Assembly (NCBI GenBank): GCA_963805975.1
Contig: CAWDVR010000003.1
Coordinates: forward strand, 1-64,000
From: an uncultured Acidobacteriota bacterium
GTDB lineage: Bacteria > Acidobacteriota > Thermoanaerobaculia > Multivoradales > SZUA-115
Length of the DNA stretch: 64,000 bases
Direction of reading: 5' to 3'
Below the pieces are notes generated by a model. That model saw only the letters and a list, made by a program, of their open reading frames with translations, made no database searches and had not been told where the DNA came from. This document shows positions 28,486 to 38,061 of this stretch, piece by piece (the stretch's first letter is position 1; each line of letters opens with the position of its first letter). A program made the position numbers and the translations under genes.

Positions 28486-30510
28486 TCAGGAAGGGGCGCG
28501 GATGGAGAACGTTTCGAGGTGGGTGCTCAACGCGCCGGCGGAGACCACGATGCGGCCGCGGCGGCGAATGGTGAAATCGTCGAAGAGCACCGCCAGCGGA
28601 CCGTGAAGCCGCGGCGCAGTGCGCGTTTCCCAGGCCCGGTCCGCGACTGAGCACAGCGGCTGGAAATCGAGAAACTCTTCGCTCGCCACGAGCTCCAGGA
28701 TGCCCAGGCCGGGCGGGGCAGCCCGGTACAGGGCGGGCAGGAGCCGCGGCACGCGGTCCCCCGGCATCATGGGCTCCTGGGCTCCCCGAGGCGGCCACAG
28801 CACGTCGATGCGGCCATCGGGCACCAGGTCGAGGAGGGCCAGATGGGCGGGCTCGCGCCCTGGCCAGATACGGATCCGGAAGTAGGTCCCGAGCGGCAGC
28901 TCCAACTGGCCGCCGGGCCCCAGGAAGCGGGCCCGCGGAAGCGGCGTGACGGTGCACCCGGAGAGGGTCACCCACTGGGGATCGCCACAGGCGGCGACCT
29001 CCACCGGGACGACTTCGAAGCGGGTGGCGACCCTCTCGTCCGTGATCCGCAGGCGCCGCAGGTAGCGGCTCCGTGCCAGGTCCTCCAGCCGGCGCGCCAC
29101 CGCCACCTCGGCGGAGCCGCGCGCCAGCTTCCAGGGACCTACCAGGCCGGCGCCGGTCTCGGTATCCGTGATGGTGACCGAGATCTCCGCGGCCGGCCCT
29201 TCGTCGGTCCACAGCACCTCGAGGTCCGCGGCGTCGCGGACCAGCTCCACGGCGGCCACCCGGGCGAGAGTCGGGGCGAGCGAAGCAGGCGGGAGCTTGC
29301 CGGCGAGGCGCACCCGGAGCCGCAGGTCGCCGAAGTTGTAGGCGGTCGCGAAGACTCGCGCCGCCTCGAGGTCGGCCGCCGGCACCGCCTTCTCGAGCTC
29401 TGCCACCGCCTGCTGGGGCGAGCTCGCCACGATGCGGCCGGCGGCCAGCCGGGTCGCGGCCTCCGGCCGGGAGGCGCCGGCGCGATGCACCTCCACTTCG
29501 CTTCCGGAGGTGAGCCCGGCGAGCTCACCGGGCTGGAGGACGAGCTGCATGCCCCCTGAAAGCACCTCGTGCACCGCGAAGAAGGCCTCCTGCGGCACCG
29601 CCCGGCCGTTGAACAGCGCGGTGTCCAGCCCTCCCTCGGCCTGGGGCTCCTGGCCCCGGCAGCAGGAGGCGAGCTCGCGGCTGAGCTCCTCGAAGAGGCC
29701 GCGGTAGGACAGGGTGAGCGTCGAGCTGGAAAGGCTGCGCGCCAGGGCCCAGGAGAAGGCGCCGGCGGGCTGCTCGTGTACGACGTTCGTCTCGTACGCC
29801 AGCTCGTCGGAGCGGGCGGCGGAGAACACCACCATGGGGGCAAGCGATGCGCCCTGCGGCGGCGAACCGCGCTCGCGGAAGGCCGTTGCGAAGTCCGGCT
29901 CGCGCGGGCCCGGCGACGGCCGCGGCTCGCCGATGGGGTCGGAGCCGCGCGACGGCAGGTCGCTGCGCGTTCCGGTGCCCGAGAAGCAGGAGTCGAGGAA
30001 CACCACCACGTTCCCGGTGGGCCCCACCTTGAGGCGCAGCCGCTCCAGAAGCTCGCCCAGGCGGTCGTCGCGCAGGTGGAGCTCTCCCCGGTAGGCAGGG
30101 CCGGGCTGGCGCGGCGCGTCGTAGGGGGCCAGGGCCTCGTCGTAGCCGTCGAGCTCGTCGCCGCTGTCGTCGGTCAGGCGCTGGCCGTGCCCCGAGTAAT
30201 AGAACACCGCCACGTCCCCCGGCTGCGCAGGCGCCAGCAGGTGCCGCTCGAAGCCGGCGACGATCCCCGCTGCCGTGGCCTCGCGGTCGCGCAGCTCGGT
30301 CACGCGATCGGCCTCGAAACCATGCCGCGAGAGCGCTTCGCGCACCAGCGAGAGGTCCCGGGCCGCATGGAGTTTCCACCACCCGGAGCGGGGAGCGTAG
30401 TCGCCTACCCCGACGAGCAGCGCGCGGTACGCGGCCCCGGAAGGCACCGACCGTTCGCCACAGCCGGTGCAGGCGAGCAGCAGGCCGAGGAAGAGGAGCC
30501 GGCGCCTCAT
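28486..30510 (-). CDS. Caspase-family lipoprotein with DUF4384-like C-terminus
   Basis: MRRRLLFLGLLLACTGC lipobox; RALLVGVGDY, FYYSGHG, DELDGYDE, FLDSCFSG; ATG overlaps the CHAT stop. Confidence 0.9.
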   Translation of the reverse strand: MRRRLLFLGLLLACTGCGERSVPSGAAYRALLVGVGDYAPRSGWWKLHAARDLSLVREALSRHGFEADRVTELRDREATAAGIVAGFERHLLAPAQPGDVAVFYYSGHGQRLTDDSGDELDGYDEALAPYDAPRQPGPAYRGELHLRDDRLGELLERLRLKVGPTGNVVVFLDSCFSGTGTRSDLPSRGSDPIGEPRPSPGPREPDFATAFRERGSPPQGASLAPMVVFSAARSDELAYETNVVHEQPAGAFSWALARSLSSSTLTLSYRGLFEELSRELASCCRGQEPQAEGGLDTALFNGRAVPQEAFFAVHEVLSGGMQLVLQPGELAGLTSGSEVEVHRAGASRPEAATRLAAGRIVASSPQQAVAELEKAVPAADLEAARVFATAYNFGDLRLRVRLAGKLPPASLAPTLARVAAVELVRDAADLEVLWTDEGPAAEISVTITDTETGAGLVGPWKLARGSAEVAVARRLEDLARSRYLRRLRITDERVATRFEVVPVEVAACGDPQWVTLSGCTVTPLPRARFLGPGGQLELPLGTYFRIRIWPGREPAHLALLDLVPDGRIDVLWPPRGAQEPMMPGDRVPRLLPALYRAAPPGLGILELVASEEFLDFQPLCSVADRAWETRTAPRLHGPLAVLFDDFTIRRRGRIVVSAGALSTHLETFSIRAPS

Positions 30511-33500
30511 CGGCTCCCGGTTCCACGCTCTGCCAGGCCCAGGCCGGGATCTCCGGTGACGGCGAACCCCGCCCAGTAGTAGGGCGCCTTGTACCCGCGG
30601 TCTGCGATCAGCGTCGCCTGGGCCTGGCGCAGGGCCTCGGCCACCGGCGCGCCTGCAAGGAGGCTCCGGTAGAAAACCTTGACGAGGAGCTCGGAAGCGG
30701 GATCGTCGATTTCCCACAGCGTCGCCGTGACCGCCCTCGCACCGGCATAGAGAAAGGCGCGGATCATTCCCTCGATCTCGTCCCCGCCGGCACGCCGGCC
30801 CAGGCCCGTCTCGCACGCCGAGAGCACCACCAACGGCCGCTGGTTGAGGCGCAGCTCGTCGAAGATCTCACCCATCTCGAGGTGGCCGTCCTGGCCCTCG
30901 TCCTCGGCCAGCGCCAGGTAGCTGTTCCGCGGCTCTTGCTCATCCAGGACTCCGTGCGCGGCGATGTGCAGCAGGGTCAGGGAACGGGCCGCGCCGCGGA
31001 GCGCCGACTCCTTCGCCTCATCCCCCAGCAACGCTTTCCTGTGCAGCAGCTCCGCCACCTGGCGCGCCTCCTCCCGCGCCGCGGGCAGCGGCCGGAGCGA
31101 CGAGGTCGTCGGGTCCCCCAGGACCAGCGCTTCCGGTTCTCCTGGCCGTGCCTGGCCCTGCCACACCAGCAGAGCGCTGGCACTGGGGAGCAGGCTCAAC
31201 GTGAGCTTCTGGCCGAGGTAGGTGTGGGTCTGCGGGTCGAGGAGCGCGGCAAACGGCAGCTCGTGGAGCGCGTCGTGCGGAAGGAGGAGGAGCCGCCGGG
31301 TCCCCGGCGCCAGCCCGAGCGGTGCGATCAGCTCGCGGTAGAGCTCCGCGCCCAGGTCCTCGACGGAGATCGTCTCGGGAACGTCGACTCTCTTCGTGTT
31401 TCCCTGGCCCATGGGGCTGGGCTTGGTGGCCACGGCAGCGCGGAACTTGCGAACGCTCTCGGCCAGGTCGCGACGCGGCAGCTCCAGCTCCCGCAGCCGC
31501 CAGGTCTCTCGCTCGACCACCCAGGCCAGGGTCTTCTCCGGCAGGGTGAAGAAGCTCACCAGGGTGGTGCCGGCCGACAGCGCACGCTGGACCCGCGGGA
31601 GGTCCGCCACGGCCGCCGTCGCCAGCTCGCTGTAGCCTGGGTGGGTCAGCTTGAGCCGCAGCAGAAGCTCGTCGAACCGGGAGCGCTCCGCCTCGATGGC
31701 GCGCGCGAGCTCCTCCGGCTCCGCCTCGGTAGACGTCTCGAGCGACTTCTCCAGTCTTCGGATCTCGGCCTTGGAGAGCTTGAGGGCGCGCAGCAGCCCG
31801 GAGTCCACCCCCTCCTGCGGATCGGGCTGGAGTCGTCCCAGCCAGCGCATGAGCGAGAGCGCGCGGGCACGCTCGGCGACAGCGAAGGCCTCGGCCGGAT
31901 CTTGGGAACGCAGGAGGAGCCGCAGGAGGGTCTCGTAGGCCTCCCGCGCGCGGCCAGAGCGGAGCAGGTCCAGCCCGGCGATGCGGCCGCTATCCGCCGC
32001 GTCCTCGTAGGTCTTCACCCACTTCCGCGCGAGCTTCAGGGCTGCGTCGCGGTCGGGGATGGCGAGGATCGTCTGGGCAAGGAAGCGTTCCGCCTGGGTG
32101 CGGCCGGGAAGCGTCGCCGCCGTGGACTGCTCCAGCACGGCGATCATCCGCTCTGCCGCCTCCTTCGGATCCCGGCCGAGCAGGGCCTCGGCCGTGCCTG
32201 TGATCGCCTCGGAGTCCTCGGCCTGGAGCACCCCTTCCCGCTCCAGGATCGCCTGCACGGCCGCCCAGCCCGAGAGCACGGCCTGGGGCGACGGCGCTCG
32301 GCGAAGGGAGTCGAGGATCGCCTTGATCTCCGACCGGCCGCGAGCGGAAACGTTCAGCTCCTCGAGCACCCGGAGGAGATCCGCTGTCGCATCTCCCGTT
32401 CCGCCGCCCTGGTAGATTGCCTGCAATACCTTGCGCTCGGCCTCCATCTCTCTTGCTCTTGCTGTCGGCGCGCCACTCGGGTTCGGTGGGGTCTCCTCGA
32501 GATCTCCGACGATGCCTGAAGGAATGCCGAGCTGCTTCTGAGCGGTATCGGCCAGAGTACGGATGGCCACCGCCAGCTCGGGGTTCGGATAGTCGCGCAG
32601 CAGGTTCTCGGCCTCCAGGGCATAGGCGAGAACCTTCTCCGGTCGCTCTGCGCACTGCGCGATGGCGCTGACCTGGACCAGGCATCGAAGCCGCGTCGGG
32701 GACTTCTGGAGCGTGGCGAGAAGGGCCTCGGCGCGCGACAGGAGCTCTCTCTTCGGTGCGAGGCCGGAGCTGGGCAGGAGCAGGCAGCGGCTCGACAAGG
32801 CGTCGAGATACTCGAGGGCGTCGCCGAGGCGTTCGGCCGCTTGCAAGGCCTGGCCGTTCCATCGCAGGGCCTGGTCGTTCTGTTGGGCGTCGCGCTCCAG
32901 GTCGCAGAGGCTGACCAGGGTCTTGGTGCACAGGCGCAAGGACTCCGGAGAGGCTCGCGGACATTCCTCGCCGCCCAGCAGGGAGAGCGCCGAGGTCAGG
33001 TGCTCCCTCGCCTCGCCGACTTTTCCCTGTTTGGCGGCCGACTTGCCGAGAAGGAGCTGCAACGCGGCCTCCAGGCTTCCGCCCAGGTCGCGGGCCAGTT
33101 CCAACGCACGCAGGCTCTGCCGGTCGGCCGCGGCGTAGTCGCCGCGGATGAAGGCCATCTCGCCCAGCGTGACCGTCGCCATCGCTTCGAGGGCTCGGCC
33201 GGCCAGCCCGGGCTGCGCCGCGGGCGGCCAATCGAGCTCGATCCCATGCAGGGACATGCCCAGCAGGTAGTCGGTCGGCTCCGGCGGGTCGGCCGGCGCA
33301 TAGACCGCCCCTCGCACCTGCCGGGCGGAGGCGAGCGCGCGGCCCAGGTCTTCCTCGGCCTGGGAGTAGGCGCCCCGGCCGTACGCCAGCTTCCCGCACT
33401 TGAGCGCGACCGTGGCCGCCGCCGTCGCGTCGTCCGGAGACAAGAGCAGGGCGAGCGCTTTTCGGATCTCGGTCTCCCCGCGAGCGAGCTCGCCCGTGGT

Positions 33501-33740
33501 CTCGAGCTGATCGGCGAGCAGGATGAGGAGCTGCGCCTCCTCTCTGCGGTCCCCGGCCTGCCGCGCGGCGGCGACTTCCTGCTCGATCGCGGCGAGAGGC
33601 GCACCGATGGGCCACGGTTTCGCCCGCGGAGCCCGGTCGGGCGGCGCGCTCTCGGAGCCGCACCGCGCCATGAGGAGGCCGAGAAGGAGCACCACGATGG
33701 GCCGGCCGACCGGTGCACCGCGAAGCCGACCGCTCCTCAT
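30507..33740 (-). CDS. TPR-CHAT protease, probable lipoprotein
   Basis: IVVLLLGLLMARC; TPRs; AFAVAERARA; LLLPHDALHELPFAAL; LHIAAHG; VLSACETG; YYWAGF. Confidence 0.92.
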   Translation of the reverse strand: MRSGRLRGAPVGRPIVVLLLGLLMARCGSESAPPDRAPRAKPWPIGAPLAAIEQEVAAARQAGDRREEAQLLILLADQLETTGELARGETEIRKALALLLSPDDATAAATVALKCGKLAYGRGAYSQAEEDLGRALASARQVRGAVYAPADPPEPTDYLLGMSLHGIELDWPPAAQPGLAGRALEAMATVTLGEMAFIRGDYAAADRQSLRALELARDLGGSLEAALQLLLGKSAAKQGKVGEAREHLTSALSLLGGEECPRASPESLRLCTKTLVSLCDLERDAQQNDQALRWNGQALQAAERLGDALEYLDALSSRCLLLPSSGLAPKRELLSRAEALLATLQKSPTRLRCLVQVSAIAQCAERPEKVLAYALEAENLLRDYPNPELAVAIRTLADTAQKQLGIPSGIVGDLEETPPNPSGAPTARAREMEAERKVLQAIYQGGGTGDATADLLRVLEELNVSARGRSEIKAILDSLRRAPSPQAVLSGWAAVQAILEREGVLQAEDSEAITGTAEALLGRDPKEAAERMIAVLEQSTAATLPGRTQAERFLAQTILAIPDRDAALKLARKWVKTYEDAADSGRIAGLDLLRSGRAREAYETLLRLLLRSQDPAEAFAVAERARALSLMRWLGRLQPDPQEGVDSGLLRALKLSKAEIRRLEKSLETSTEAEPEELARAIEAERSRFDELLLRLKLTHPGYSELATAAVADLPRVQRALSAGTTLVSFFTLPEKTLAWVVERETWRLRELELPRRDLAESVRKFRAAVATKPSPMGQGNTKRVDVPETISVEDLGAELYRELIAPLGLAPGTRRLLLLPHDALHELPFAALLDPQTHTYLGQKLTLSLLPSASALLVWQGQARPGEPEALVLGDPTTSSLRPLPAAREEARQVAELLHRKALLGDEAKESALRGAARSLTLLHIAAHGVLDEQEPRNSYLALAEDEGQDGHLEMGEIFDELRLNQRPLVVLSACETGLGRRAGGDEIEGMIRAFLYAGARAVTATLWEIDDPASELLVKVFYRSLLAGAPVAEALRQAQATLIADRGYKAPYYWAGFAVTGDPGLGLAERGTGSR

Positions 33741-35854
33741 GGCCGAGCCCTCCTTGCTTCCGTGCCCGACCCTCGTGGCTCGACGGTCAGTACGATCGCG
33801 CTCGTGCTGCTGGCGCCGGTTTCGAAGTGGGCTTCACCCTTGGCTCCCACGCCGTCCAGCAGGGCCGCCAGGGGACCCAAAGGCCCGTGCGCCCCGGTGC
33901 CCCGCGTCTCGCCCTGCGGCCAGACTCCTTCGGCCGAGACGAAGGGCCGCAGGTCGATCGGGCTTTCGGTCGCCAGGAGCCAGACGACCTCCGTCCCCAA
34001 CGGCTCCGTGATCTCGTAGAGGACCGGCAGCTCTCGAGACTTCCCCGGTGGCAGTGGGGTCGGATCGGGATGCCTTGGCTCGGGCCAGTAGAGCCCGATC
34101 CTGCCGTCGGCGGTCAGATCGAGGACGCTCAGGTGGGCTGGCAGCCGCCCGCGGTTGGTGACCCGAAGCTGGAAGAGGTCTCCGACGTTCCAGATCCTCT
34201 TTCCTTCGCCGCGGCGCTTGGTGGCGAGCGGCAGCCGGGTGATGTCGCACTCCGAGAGGGAAGGCCGCCCTCGGGGGCAGCCGGTAGCCTGCACCGGGAC
34301 CATCTCCACCTTCACGTCGAGCTCGGGTGTGCGCAGCGCGAGGCCGCGGAAGTAGCGATTGCGGGCGAGATCGAGCAGCAGGCGGGTGATCTCCCCGGGC
34401 AGGTCGTCGCTCGTAGCCGGCGTCGGGGGCAGGATGGGAACCCGCCGGTCCTCGGTGTAGACCTCGACCAGTGGCTCGGTCCCGGCCGCGGCGACGACCA
34501 CGTCCGCGCCGTCGTCGACCTCTTCGAACGTGGCCGGCTGTAGGTTCCAGCGCTCCCGCAGCCGCTCGGCCAGGCGGGGCTCGACCCCCGCCGCCAGCCG
34601 CACGCGCACCCGCGGCCCGGAGAAGCTCCATGCGGTCACGAACGCGCGGCCGCGGAGGATCTCGCGCCGCTCCCTGGCTTCGTCGAGCTCGACCCTCGCT
34701 TCGAGGAGGGAGCTCTCCTCGACCTCGCCGTGGGCAAGGAGCGTCTCCGGTTCGGCGCTCGCCGCCCCGGCCCGGTGGATCTCGATGCGCGCTCCCGTCC
34801 GGAGGCCCACGAGAGAGCCGGCGGCGAGCGTCAGGTGGCGCCCGTCCGGCTCCACGCCGCTGACGCGGACGAAGGGGTTCTGCGCGACGAAGGTCCCGGC
34901 GAAGAGCCGGACATCCACCTCGCCGTCCACCTGCGGGCGGTTCTTCACGCGCGCCGCCATCTTCCACTCGACCCGCTCGAAAAGGGTGCGGTACGTGGCG
35001 CCGGCGTCGATGGTGGAGAGCTCCTGAGCGAAAGCGTAGGAGAGCGAGCCCACGGGCCTGCCCTGCTCATCCCTCGTCTCCCAGGCCACTTCGTCGTGCG
35101 AGGCGGCGGAGAAGACCACGTAGGGCGCTTCATCCACCGGGCCGTCGCGTAGCGCGTCGCCACGTCTCCGGGCAGGCTCCCAGAAGCCGCCGGCCTCGTC
35201 GCGGCCCGAGGCCTGGGCGCGCGGGAGGCCGATCGGGGGAGCTCCGCCCCGCCACCGGGAGAAGACGGTGTCCTCCTCGCCTCGCGGCGTACCGGAGAAG
35301 CACGAGTCGAGCAGCACCACGACGTTGCCTCGTTTCCCCACTTTCTCCTGGAGCTGCCAGACCCAGAGGTTCACAGTGTCGTCGCGCAGGTGTCGTTCGC
35401 CGTGATAGCCGCCCGCGGACGTGCGCGGAGCGTCGTAGGGGACGATGGCCTCGTCGTAGCCGTCGAGCTCGTCGCCATCGTCGTCCGTCACCTGCTGGCC
35501 GTGGCCCGAGAAGGCGAGCACCACGACGTCTCCCGGCTGGGCAGAGTCGAGGAGCCGGTCACGAACTGCCTCCTCGATGCCGGTGCGGGTGGCGGCCGGA
35601 CCGGAGAGGACCGTGAGGGTCGCCAGGCCGCGCTGCTCGAGGGCTGCGCGGAGATGAGTCACATCGTTGTCGGAGTGGATCGACTGCCAGCCCGTTTCTG
35701 GGGCGTAGGAGGAGATGGCAATGAGAAGCACGTGGAGCTGCGGCTGTCTCTCCGCGATCAGGGTGCTGGCCGAAAGCTCGAACCCACCAAAGGCAAGCCC
35801 CAGACAAAGGTAGATAGGAACGCCCAAGCGGACGGATGTGCTGCTCTCGCTCAT
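33737..35854 (-). CDS. Exported caspase-family protein with DUF4384-like C-terminus
   Basis: Signal-like N-terminus; AFSGHGQQ, DELDGYDE, LLDSCFSG; paralogous to 28486-30510 and 609-2909. Confidence 0.9.
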   Translation of the reverse strand: MSESSTSVRLGVPIYLCLGLAFGGFELSASTLIAERQPQLHVLLIAISSYAPETGWQSIHSDNDVTHLRAALEQRGLATLTVLSGPAATRTGIEEAVRDRLLDSAQPGDVVVLAFSGHGQQVTDDDGDELDGYDEAIVPYDAPRTSAGGYHGERHLRDDTVNLWVWQLQEKVGKRGNVVVLLDSCFSGTPRGEEDTVFSRWRGGAPPIGLPRAQASGRDEAGGFWEPARRRGDALRDGPVDEAPYVVFSAASHDEVAWETRDEQGRPVGSLSYAFAQELSTIDAGATYRTLFERVEWKMAARVKNRPQVDGEVDVRLFAGTFVAQNPFVRVSGVEPDGRHLTLAAGSLVGLRTGARIEIHRAGAASAEPETLLAHGEVEESSLLEARVELDEARERREILRGRAFVTAWSFSGPRVRVRLAAGVEPRLAERLRERWNLQPATFEEVDDGADVVVAAAGTEPLVEVYTEDRRVPILPPTPATSDDLPGEITRLLLDLARNRYFRGLALRTPELDVKVEMVPVQATGCPRGRPSLSECDITRLPLATKRRGEGKRIWNVGDLFQLRVTNRGRLPAHLSVLDLTADGRIGLYWPEPRHPDPTPLPPGKSRELPVLYEITEPLGTEVVWLLATESPIDLRPFVSAEGVWPQGETRGTGAHGPLGPLAALLDGVGAKGEAHFETGASSTSAIVLTVEPRGSGTEARRARP

Positions 35855-36444
35855 CGATTTCCTTTTCTGGGCCTAGGCCCCGCGAAGAACTGGTCTCTCT
35901 CGGCGTAGACCCCGGTGAATCGAATTTGTAGGAGGCAGGTCCTATACGCGAGCGATGAAGGACTGGAAGGGAGCATGGTCCGCTCCGAGTAGGCCTCCCT
36001 TGAGACCAAGCGGAGTTCGCAGACAACCCATAACAGCGGGCCATGCCCAACCTGCTCGCATGCTCCACCTGGCTTTCGAGATGGGCAACGAGGCGGAAGG
36101 CTGGTTGTTGCGCTTGAGGACCTTCCGCCCTAGTAGAGAGGGCAAGCCGCCGGTAGGGGTCTTCGTTCCTGGCCGGAAGCAAGTAGTTGTGCTCTCACCC
36201 CGCCGAAGGGCTCGATCTAGAGCCGCCAGGAGATATCCAAGTTTGACCACCGGTGGTCTCAACTACGCATGCCGAGCGCATGCCGAGCCGACCCGGAGAG
36301 ACGACACCGGCCAAGGCTGTCTTCAGAAACTACAGATTCGGTGAGGCTTACAGCGACCGATCTCGAAGCTCATCCCGGTGCCCGAGGATGTGAGGATTGT
36401 CGGGCCGGCCCGCAACGCAGCAGCTCGACCGCGCAGCAGGTTTG

Positions 36445-37257
36445 TCAGCCGCCCGCCGCCGGGAAGTGCTCTTGGAGCCACGCCTGCCAGAGAGGCTCTT
36501 CCCGCTCGGCGGTGGCGGCGGCTTGGTCGCCGTAGAAGAAGAAGCGGATCGAAAGGAAGACCTGCCCTCCCATCGGCATCGCGAAGAGATGGGCGAGGCC
36601 GGGCGCCGGCTCGTCGAGACGGAGGAGCAGCTCTTCCGGATAGGCGCTCTCGCCCACGCGCTCGACCAGCCCCGCGAGGCGTGGCGCGCCCGCGGCCGTC
36701 GTGACCCGCTGGCCTTCGGCCACGCCCGCCAAGCCGAGCGCACCGGTCAGCGCAGCCCAGGCCTCGGCCTTGGGCTCGGGAGCCATGGCCATCAGTTGCA
36801 GCGCCGAGCTGGGCAGGCCGGGGAAGTGCGTGAGGTAGAGCCGCAGGATGCGGAAGAAGCCCACCCAGCCCTCTGTGTGGCCTTCGAACTGCTTGTCCCA
36901 GTCGTCCTTGTCGGTAAACCAGCTATGGACCACCCGCACCACGCAGGTGCCGCTGGCGCGCGCCTCCACGATCCACTCGGTCGCGATCGTCGGGTCGTCC
37001 GGGCCCATGTCGTCCCGGCTGTCGGCCGAGAAGCGATGAGGCGGGTCCCAGGCCGTGATCGTCGAGACGGAGTCCATGCCGGGGCCAAAGCTGCAGATCG
37101 CGGCGCCGCCGACCCGCTCCTCGATCTGGCTCGGCACGAACCAGGACGAGATCCCCGGCCCGGTCGCGATGGCCTTCCATACCTCCTCCGGCGTGCCGGG
37201 AACCTCGACCTCAGCTTCGACAGATCGGCGTCCGGACGCATCTTTCTTCACGCTCAT
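36445..37257 (-). CDS. SRPBCC/Aha1-domain protein
   Basis: EVEVPGTPEEVWKAIATGPGISSWF, ITAWDPPHRF, EGWVGFFRILRLYL. Confidence 0.85.
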   Translation of the reverse strand: MSVKKDASGRRSVEAEVEVPGTPEEVWKAIATGPGISSWFVPSQIEERVGGAAICSFGPGMDSVSTITAWDPPHRFSADSRDDMGPDDPTIATEWIVEARASGTCVVRVVHSWFTDKDDWDKQFEGHTEGWVGFFRILRLYLTHFPGLPSSALQLMAMAPEPKAEAWAALTGALGLAGVAEGQRVTTAAGAPRLAGLVERVGESAYPEELLLRLDEPAPGLAHLFAMPMGGQVFLSIRFFFYGDQAAATAEREEPLWQAWLQEHFPAAGG

Positions 37258-37856
37258 GATGGCTCCTGAGTACGAGGTTCGTTGAGCAGGGGATGGGCCA
37301 CGACGACCAGGCGATGCGAGCGGCCGCCGGGGGCCGACTCGTCGTGGTAGCGCGCGGCGAGGGTGGTCACGGCCTGGGTCAGGTCGCGCGTGAAGGCGGC
37401 GCGCTCGGCCGCGGATCGGAAGCGGATCTCGGTGTCCATGGACAAGGTCGGCAGCCGCTGGCCGGCCTCGGCCGAGAGGCGCAGGAGGGCGGCGACCTCG
37501 CGCACGATGCGGGCGGCCAGAGCGATGAGGTAGCTCGCCGAGAGCCGGTCCGCACGCCGGGCCGGGTCGGCGGCGACCGGGCCCATGGCGGTGGGCGAGA
37601 CGATGTACGAGGCGGCGGTCGCCACCAGCAGGCGTTCCGTCAGGCCACCCCACTGGCGCTTCTCGGCCACCGTCACCAACCCGTGGGTCTCGAGAGCGCG
37701 CAGGTGGTAGTTGACCTTCTGGCGCGCGAGACCCAGCCGCGTGGCGAGCGTGGCGGCGGAGGCGGGCTCCGCCAATTCTGAGAGGAGACGGCTCCGGACG
37801 GGGTCGAGGGCTACCGTCGCCGCCGCTGGATCGTCGATGACTTCTACGTCGAGCAT
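37254..37856 (-). CDS. ArsR-family winged-helix transcriptional regulator
   Basis: LDPVRSRLLSELAEPASAATLATRLGLARQKVNYHLRALETHGLV; coupled to the SRPBCC gene. Confidence 0.88.
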   Translation of the reverse strand: MLDVEVIDDPAAATVALDPVRSRLLSELAEPASAATLATRLGLARQKVNYHLRALETHGLVTVAEKRQWGGLTERLLVATAASYIVSPTAMGPVAADPARRADRLSASYLIALAARIVREVAALLRLSAEAGQRLPTLSMDTEIRFRSAAERAAFTRDLTQAVTTLAARYHDESAPGGRSHRLVVVAHPLLNEPRTQEPS

Positions 37857-37868
37857 GGGCGCATTCCA

Positions 37869-37894
37869 CCATTGACAACATTTGTTGTCAATGG
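37869..37894. promoter_or_regulatory. Perfect 12-2-12 palindrome CCATTGACAACA-TT-TGTTGTCAATGG; probable autoregulatory operator containing TTGACA
   Basis: Read directly, 12 bp upstream of the ArsR start. Confidence 0.75.
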
Positions 37895-37901
37895 CAGCCA
37901 A

Positions 37902-37976
37902 GCGAGGGTGCTCCCCTGCGAGGAGCGCAGGGCGCCCTTAGGGACCTCGAGCACCGCAGCAGGGGAGCACCCTCGC
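37902..37976. repeat. 18-bp perfect inverted repeat (REP-like hairpin)
   Basis: gcgagggtgctcccctgc (37902-37919) and gcaggggagcaccctcgc (37959-37976). Confidence 0.75.
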
Positions 37977-38061
37977 GCAGGTAGCGTGGGATGATGATCC
38001 GACACCGGATCAACTAGACCTGTGGACGGAGCACTCTCGCCCTGGCAGCGTGGGCTTGGCG

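Noticed and set aside
35942-36344. Short ORFs in the low-GC spacer
   Set aside because: No recognisable motifs and atypical codon usage
1-36400. CRISPR array or cas genes associated with the CHAT/caspase/sigma set
   Set aside because: No repeat-spacer array, cas gene or SAVED/CARF domain recognised
36360-36430. Possible SRP RNA or tRNA fragment at the island boundary
   Set aside because: Only short chance similarities; no SRP GGAA-loop core, T-loop or cloverleaf
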